Positions 55,412 through 64,000 of a stretch of DNA of 64,000 nucleotides are shown here, piece after piece (positions within the stretch are counted from its first letter, which is position 1; every line of letters starts with the position of its first letter). Source of the DNA: Octopus vulgaris (taxonomy: Eukaryota); the NCBI GenBank assembly GCA_951406725.2, contig OX597822.1:112344001-112408000 (forward strand), written 5' to 3'. A model generated the notes under the pieces. The model did no database searches. It was not told the DNA's origin and saw only the letters and a program-made list of their open reading frames with translations. The position numbers and the translations under genes were made by a program.

Positions 55412-56290
55412 GCTTAAGACATCACTGTTACTATAAGCATCAATTCCATTACAGCCACTACCACCACCGAGACGATCACCACCTCCGCCCCCAACACACT
55501 CCGACCCCGCTGAAATTCACTTGGCACAACTGAAATTCCAGTCTTTTACTTTGTTTAATAGAATTCCATCTTCGATAAATATTTTGCAGACAAATTTAAA
55601 AAAAAATGAATCTCCTTCTACCAAAAAAAAGGAGAAAAATGATGCCTAGTTCTAATGTATTTTTTTGACATTCTAGCACTTATCGAACAGACTTGAGGAA
55701 TAACAACTGAATAACCGTTGAATGTCAACGATATTGCTAACGAAGTGCCGAGCAGAAGACAAAATGTCGCCGATGTAATAGTAGTCTGTGAAGCGGGAAT
55801 GTAAGTCTTAAGATGGCGGCAACACTATTTGTACTGCTGATTTTACCGTTGTGCTATGCGAATTGGTGCTATGCCGAACTGTTGTACAATAATAGTGTAA
55901 CATATTGTACAGTTATGTAGAGCAATAAAAGCGACAAGTACGGTAGTCGTCTGCTTGGGATATGAAACGTTGGGTGGAAGATAGGAAATGTTGGTCAATT
56001 GTTCAAACGGGGAAGCCAGATAGCGACATAGAGATAGATGAATATATATATATATATATATATACACACAAAATACGTATATACACACACAGACACTGTT
56101 AAAGATGTATGAAGAGGTTGGTTAGGTAGGATGGTCACTGAAAAGGTAACGAGGAAGTCAATTTGTAAATACTTAAAAAATATAAAGTAAATGAAAAAAA
56201 AAAACAAAACAATAAAACATACTCATTTCTGTAGAAATGAGTGGTTTCGGTGTTGATATTTCAATAAAAAATAACTTTAAAAAAAAAAAA
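52029..56290 (+). other. Candidate long 3' UTR of p35
   Basis: No SINE bodies. AATAAA at 53471, 55924, 56211 and 56263; TGTAAATA motifs at 52594, 54662 and 56164. The true end cannot be determined without RNA data. Confidence 0.4.
55000..55412. repeat. (CTG)n/(CTA)n/(ATA)n/(ACA)n trinucleotide complex
   Basis: Direct reading; similar at 34850-34968 and 50608-50678. Confidence 0.95.
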
Positions 56291-56475
56291 ACTAAAACTG
56301 TTTCAGATTTAGTTTTATTAGAAGATTCCTGATTAAGAAGATAAAATGTTGGATGTTTGAAAAAAATCTTTGAATCCTGAATGAGTTTCTAAAGAATATT
56401 GTATAGCAGGCCTTGTTTAATGTATGTATGCTTATGTATATATGTATATAAGATTATGTATGTATGTATGTATGA

Positions 56476-56559
<84 letters not shown>

Positions 56560-56895
56560 GTCTATCTATCTATCTATCTATCTATAAACATACATACATA
56601 TATACACATGTGTGCATGTATACGATTTCTTCCAAGTTGAATCGATCACTTTTCTCCATTTCATTGATTCACAACTTCCCCCCCCCCCATACACACGAAT
56701 AAACAAATATGATATATATATATATGTATTTACGTATTTACATACACACACGCATATATTGTGGATCAATTTTATGGAGAACAACGATCGACTCCGTTCA
56801 TAACTGAGTTGTGTGCATGGTTGTGTATGTATGTGTGTGCGTGTGAGTGTATACACGCTCATACATACATATATATATATATATATGTAAAATGA

Positions 56896-57126
56896 AGGCG
56901 GCGAGCTGGCAGAAATGTTAGCGCGCCGGGCGAAATGCTTAGCGGTATTTCGTCTGTCGTTACGTTCTGAGTTCAAATTCCGCCGAGGTCAACTTTGCCT
57001 TTCATCCTTTCGGGGTCGATAAATAAAGTACCAGTTTCGCACTGGGGACGATATAATCGACTTAATCCCTTCGTCTGTCCTTGTTTGTCCCCTCTATGTT
57101 TAGCCCCTTGTGGGCAGTAAAGAAAT
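56896..57126 (+). mobile_element. Full-length SINE family B monomer
   Basis: aggcggcgagctggcagaa ... tagccccttgtgggcagtaaagaaata. Confidence 0.9.
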
Positions 57127-57603
57127 ATATATATGTAAAATATGCATGTACACACGCACGCACACATATGTATACATACGGTTGAAATAACCCTACCTAT
57201 AGAAATTATTCAAATGGCTGTAACGAAGAGTAAATAAAAAAGGAAAAAAAACATGAACTGCTACGTTGAAATTTGGCCCATCTGGTTATTTTCTTATACA
57301 GAATTACCAATTCTATTATATTGCAAACAGTCAAACCTTCATTCTCAACATTTGTAAGAAAGAAGCAGACGTCACAACACCAATGGTTCTATCTTAATAC
57401 GAAAACTTCAGCAGCAATCTTCATTTTCTTTGAAGAAATACCATAACTTAACCGAAATTGCAGTATTATATTTCAAGACAGCACTCGATGTTTCAATAGG
57501 AAATTGGTACCTTGAGCTTATATTATTTCAGAAGCTGTCAACATACACACACAGAAATATATAAAACTACACAATCAATATACGATATGTATTGAGGTAG
57601 TAC

Positions 57604-57607
<4 letters not shown>

Positions 57608-57695
<88 letters not shown>

Positions 57696-58160
57696 ATACT
57701 TATTTACATACGCACATGAAATCCTTTCTATATACTCACATACATACATATCTACATACATACATACATACATGCATGCATACATACATACATACATACA
57801 TATCTACATACATACATACATATCTACATACATACATACATACATACATACATACATACATACATACATACATACATACATACATACATACATACATACA
57901 TACATACATACATACATACATACATACATACATACATACATACATACATACATACATGCATACATACATACATACATACATACATACATACATACATACA
58001 TACATACATACATACATACATACATACATACATACATGCATACATACATACACACATACATACATACATACATACATACATACATGCATACATACATACA
58101 TACATACATACATACATACATACATACATACATACATACATACATACATACATACATACA

Positions 58161-58192
<32 letters not shown>

Positions 58193-58203
58193 CATACATA
58201 CAT
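57608..58203. repeat. (CA)n followed by a ~460 bp (TACA)n array
   Basis: Direct reading. Confidence 0.97.
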
Positions 58204-58407
58204 TAGTGTTTCTTTATATGTTCAGTTATAATAAAAACAATTCTACATTAATCTGATCGGTTACTCTATACTTTGGCAGAGTATAAATTTGTTATACATA
58301 CACGAGAATGTTGTTGACAGTAACTTCAAAGTTTCAGCCGTCTAAGCCATCGTCAGACAGCCTGACTATACATATACATATATACATACATACATACATA
58401 CATACAT

Positions 58408-58463
<56 letters not shown>

Positions 58464-58733
58464 GTATGTATGTATATATGTATGTATATAATTTTCAAGA
58501 AAAAGGCTAATAGTGATTTCAAAGTATCGGTTCGCTCCCCGTCTTCAAGCTGGCGATGGCGAACAAACGTCGACACCACAGTCAACCTTATAAAAATGAA
58601 ATTTGTTATCTACTAAAACGTATTCGGTAATTCTTCAGTTAATGTTAAATTGTTTTTATGTATAACTTGATATACAAATAAACATTAACATGTGTGTGTG
58701 TGTGTGTGTGTATACACACATATACAGATATAC

Positions 58734-58766
<33 letters not shown>

Positions 58767-60244
58767 TTACATAATGCTTATATACATACATATATGTATA
58801 CATATATATATATATATATGAGCATGTATGTGTGTGTGTGGATGTATTAAATAATCTTTCATATTTATTGTATTTTGTTGTTGTTGTATAGCCATAGTCT
58901 AGCCTCTGTCGAGTAGATCTATCATCAAAAGACGTTCCACTCTTAAACATTCCGTTGTTTTTCAGGAATACAGAGGAACAACATTTTTCAATGCAGCATT
59001 TGTAAGAGGGCAAGGTGTGATTTGTGTGAGTTTTGGCTGCTAATTCTTGTGGGTTGAGAATATGCGTACTGGCTCACCCATTTTCTTGTAATATTTGTTA
59101 TATATTAGGACAGTGACATAAACTGAAATCGTAGGGCGATGCCACACTATATGCATTACTGTATATAGCTTTATTCTTCGTTAATTTCTGTCTAAATTTT
59201 GTTGGATTCAACTTTAACCCCGCTCCACTCCAGCAGCGATAAAACAACTACCAGTAATACACTCTCTCCATTAATTGGTTTCCACCCAACTAAAAAGAAA
59301 TCAATATTTATGTGTATTTTTTAAAGAGTGGGAGTGTGAATTATGTTTGTTCCTTTGTCAAGGGTATTAGCGGCGCAAGTCAAGTGACTGGCTTCGAGTA
59401 AGAATCAATTCTACGACGCAAATTCGGTTTTAAGAGCTCGACTCTTTCTCTAGGGCCAGCACTCCAATTATACGAATGAATTTTTAGCATAATACACACA
59501 AACATTCACAGGCGCACATACACTCACACAAATTTACTCGCATACACTCAAATATATATACACATACATTCATGCGCGCTTCCGCACACACATACACAAG
59601 CTCACATACTCATGCACATACTAATTCACACACAGACATACAAACAAACACGCGCAAGTCGTTGCGCTTTCAAAGTTTCACCTATAACGGCTCGTCAAAC
59701 TGTTTGATGAGTTGTAATTGGCGAAACTCTGAAGTCATAGTGCCTCTGTGTTACCGTGTAATACTTTTGTATTGAATCAATTTTTTTTGTTTATGAGCTT
59801 TGTCTCTCTCTCTTCTTTCTCTCTCTTCTTTCTCTCTCTCTCTCTCCCTCTCTCTCTATATATATATGTATATATATATGTATATATATCTTTTACCTTT
59901 TACTTGTTTCAGTCATTAGATTGGGGCCATGCTGGGGCATCGCCTTGAAGAATTTTTAGTCGAATGAATCAACCCCAGGACTTATTCTTTGTAAGCCTAG
60001 TACTTATTCTATCGGTCTCTTTTGCCGAATCGCTAGGCTACGGGGACGTAAACACACCAACATCGGTTGTCAAACGATGGAGGGAGGACAAACACAAATA
60101 CACAGAAACATACACAAACGCACGCACACATGTATACGACGGGATGATTCTTTCAGTTTACATCTACCAAATCTACTCCCAAGACTTTGGTTGACTCGAG
60201 GCCATAGTAGAAGACACTTGCCCAAGGTGCCATATATATATTAG

Positions 60245-60302
<58 letters not shown>

Positions 60303-60303
60303 G

Positions 60304-60398
<95 letters not shown>

Positions 60399-60736
60399 GA
60401 CGGGCTTGCAGTTTTCGTCAACCAAATTCACTCACAAGGCTTTGGTCATTCCTAGTCCACAGGAGGAGACACTTACCCAAGGTTCTACACAGTGGCACTG
60501 AACCCGGTGGGCAAATCCTGGGTTCGCTTCGCCGGATTATGCGCTCTGTAAAATATTTATAATCCAAGGAAGCGAACCCAGGATTTACCCATTGGATGAA
60601 ATATATTGGGATCACTTACCTTAAGTAATACTAGATGCTCCTTACAACTCGATGGCGTTAGCCATATCCCGAATCCTAATTGAGAGCTCGTACGCTTGGA
60701 TAATTTATTCCTATCTATTCCTTATATGTATACATG

Positions 60737-60795
<59 letters not shown>

Positions 60796-61039
60796 CACAC
60801 ACACACACAATATATATATATGCGTATATGTACACACACACACACAAGTACATACATACATTTTTACATGCAGACAGTTAGGACAGAAATTCGCATTTTT
60901 TTTTGCCATGTATAAGAATTCTCATCAATAGATGGGAATGTTAATAGCTTGTTTCATTTTGTAACATTTAACTTTTTGTTATTTTATAAAATTCTAATAT
61001 TTTATAAAATAACACTGAAAGAAAATAATTTATCCTAAT

Positions 61040-61977
61040 TTCATTAGAAAATCAACAACGACATGAAGAAATAAGCGAAGCAAAATTTCCAAGAAGCTTC
61101 TTCTTCCAAACGTTTAAAACAATGGCTCTTCAAACCTATGCGGTTGTTAGTTTTTAAACCTTGGGACGACCCTAACTCAGCATGCTTGTGTTCAGAAGCA
61201 TTGGACTTGTGATCATTCTGTCTGTATTGTAGGGTGAATGTATCAAGGACCACAATATACTAAATACCCACGTTTACTTCCATTTTAAAGGTTAGGTGTA
61301 ATTTGAAGGAAATAGTTTGCTATTTTTAACAAATCGAGTAACCGCACATAACCTCTTCCTTATCTTGTATTTTATTTAGTTGTTTTATATAGTCTTAGTT
61401 TTGAGTGTATTTTTAGCCGATATTAATTACTTTGTAATGATTTCATTTAGGATGGATTAAGTAAAAATTAGAGAAGTAATTACTGAATAGGATTTAGATA
61501 CCCTGTAGCAGATTCAAATATATCGGATTGACATTTCATTATAAATTAACCCGAAACAACTATTGTTAGTTTAAATATGTTTCCTTAGATCTTCCTACTC
61601 GTTTGGATTTATTCACTAATTAAATATATTTCCATCCATGTTAGAAACTATATCAAATCGACATTTGATGCTTTGTTTCATGCTAAACAATGTCAGATCA
61701 CATATTTGGCTAAATTCATATGACTTCACTAACAATTTGAAACGTTGTAGTTATGCTAGGAATCAAGTTCTTTGTTATTAAGTCCCAGTTATGGCAAGAA
61801 AAGTATTGGTGGATTTTATAAGTTGTGGCTGTGTGGAAAGTAGCTTGCTTACCAACCACATGGTTCTGGGTTCAGTCCCACTGCGTGGCACCTTGGGCAA
61901 ATGTCTCCTATAGTCTCGGGCCGACCAAAGCCTTGTAAGTGGATTTGGTCGACGGAAACTGAAAGAAGGCCGTCGTA

Positions 61978-62027
<50 letters not shown>

Positions 62028-63700
62028 TATGTGTGCGTGTGTATATGTTTGTATGTCTGTGTTTGTCCCCACCAACATCGCTTGACAATCGATGGTGATG
62101 TGTTTACGTCCCCGTAACTTAGCGGTTCGGCAAAAGAGACCGATAGAATAAGTACTAGGCTTACAAAGAATAAGTCCTGGGGTCGATTTGCTCGACTAAA
62201 GGCGGTGCTCCAGCATGGCCACAGTCAAATGAATGAAACAAGTAAAAGAGTAAAAGAGTAAATCAATAATATTATTTTGTTGAGTTCTACGTAATATTCT
62301 TCTGCAATAGTCTACGCTTGTAAACGATTTAAACAAATACTGTCTTAGGTATGAAGCAGAAACATAATCTGTTATACATGCAGCATTTATATTATTCGAA
62401 AGACAAGTATTAAATACATATTTTAAAATCAAGTATGGTATCTATATTACTGTTGCATATATACTATTAGAATATTCACTTCAATGGGGACAAATACTGT
62501 ACTTTGTTCACAGTGATTGTGGGTTGAAGTTGAGACATTTGTGACTGATATGAAACTAAGGAAGTAGATTTTGTTAAAGTGCTGCAAACTTAATCGTACC
62601 GCAACAAAATGATAAATTATATAGTCGATTTTCTTCCATAGTTAAGGTTGTTTAACGCGTTTGTTACAGAGATTACTCTCTGAACGCATATCAGATCATT
62701 TCTAGTGTCTTGATTCTTTCAACATATTTTAGGCAATTTCTCAAGTGTTCGCTTCTTGATGCAATCATAAAGATAATAGTTAACAACTCTCTAGTTAAAA
62801 ATTGTTACAAGTGTATAAAAAAGAATATAGTTTTTAAAGAAATTCTTTTTTAAGACTGTATCTTTAGTGCAACCTCTATGGATTTTCTTCAGAATCAAAT
62901 GGCATAAGTATAATTTCAAATCAAATTATATATTTCATGTTCTCTCTTTACTCTTTACTCTTTTACTCTTTTACTTGTTTCAGTCATTTGACTGTGGCCA
63001 TGCTGGAGCACCACCTTTTAGTCGAGCAAATCTACCCCAGGACTTATTCTTTGTAAGCCTAGTACTTATTCTATCGGTCTCTTTTGCCGAACCGCTAAGT
63101 TACGGGGACGTAAACACATCACCATCGATTGTCAAGCGATGTTGGGGGGACAAATACAAACATATACACATACACATACATACATATATATATACATATA
63201 TACGACGGGCTTCTTTCAGTTTCCGTCTACCAAATCCACTCACAAGGCTTTGATCGGTCCGAGGCTATAGTAGAAGACACTTGCCCAAGGTGCCACGCAG
63301 TGGGACTGAACCCGGAACCATGTGGTTCGTAAGCAAGCTACTTACCACACAGCCACTCCTACGCCTATGTTCTCTGTATGCTTCCAACATATTTACGGTT
63401 TACAAAATAACCATGGAATTTCCGTGGATGCAGCAATTGTATCTTAATTACTGGACGAGTTTTCAAGAATGGTAATATCGATCAAACCTCTTTTGATACT
63501 TCAGGCCATTATTATTAACATATTGAAGTAATTTCTAAATCAGTCATATATTTGTAATATTGATTGAAACGGAGCTCATGGCTCCCTCTTTTAGTTTAAA
63601 ATTTAAATTACGTAGTTCTGGATTGCTTGCAATTTAATGAATTTTCCAAGAATAGCTTAAATCTTCTTATCCTTTTGTACTATCTCTTTTTAATGGACTC
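61040..63700 (-). mobile_element. Decayed hAT-like transposase fragments interrupted by two SINEs
   Basis: Weak motifs (KAILGKFIKLQAIQN; LQP.I.VN..VFVP; WKFCF) on the minus strand. Confidence 0.35.
62948..63367 (-). mobile_element. Full-length SINE family A copy
   Basis: Complete head-to-tail match to the other family A copies. Confidence 0.9.
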
Positions 63701-64000
63701 TTACTGGTTTAGAAGTAGATAGCTGGTTAGAAAGACATTTGTATGTGTATGAATGTTAAGATGTGTGTGTGTGTGTGTGTGTGTTTGAGTGCGGAGTTGG
63801 AGATCAATATAGGAAGTCACAGACAAACATCATCGATATTGCAGCAACGTATTCTCATCACCTGTCGTCAGAATTCTATGATTGTGCAGGATTTCGGCTC
63901 ATTGCATGTTGGCGTTGATCGCCAGCCGATTAAAAACACCCTGGTATTTGATTGGTATTTTGTTATATCAACCACGGAAGGTTGATCTTGACAGAATCTG

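Overview
AT-rich eukaryotic DNA saturated with microsatellites and transposon relics. The SINE types and SSR density strongly suggest an octopus/coleoid cephalopod genome (inference, not database-checked). One clear host gene is present: a CDK5 activator p35 (CDK5R1-like) with a single coding exon at 51165-52028 (+), a probable upstream non-coding exon, and a ~9 kb zone free of recognisable SINE bodies. The rest comprises four tRNA-derived SINE families, mariner/DD37D/pogo-type elements and MITEs, a nearly intact Helitron 3' half with a PIF1 helicase, RLE-type non-LTR ends, decayed hAT transposases and a ~4.2 kb tandem duplication. The most interesting signal is a recurring set of short elements abutting (TA)n arrays that form fold-back inverted repeats with a one-sided tail. 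Several carry minimal type-I hammerhead-ribozyme motifs, consistent with Penelope-like/retrozyme-like non-autonomous elements. One SINE family also appears to insert repeatedly at the same site inside its own copies. Most ORFs in the supplied track are microsatellite translations. Repeat coordinates were read by eye and are approximate.
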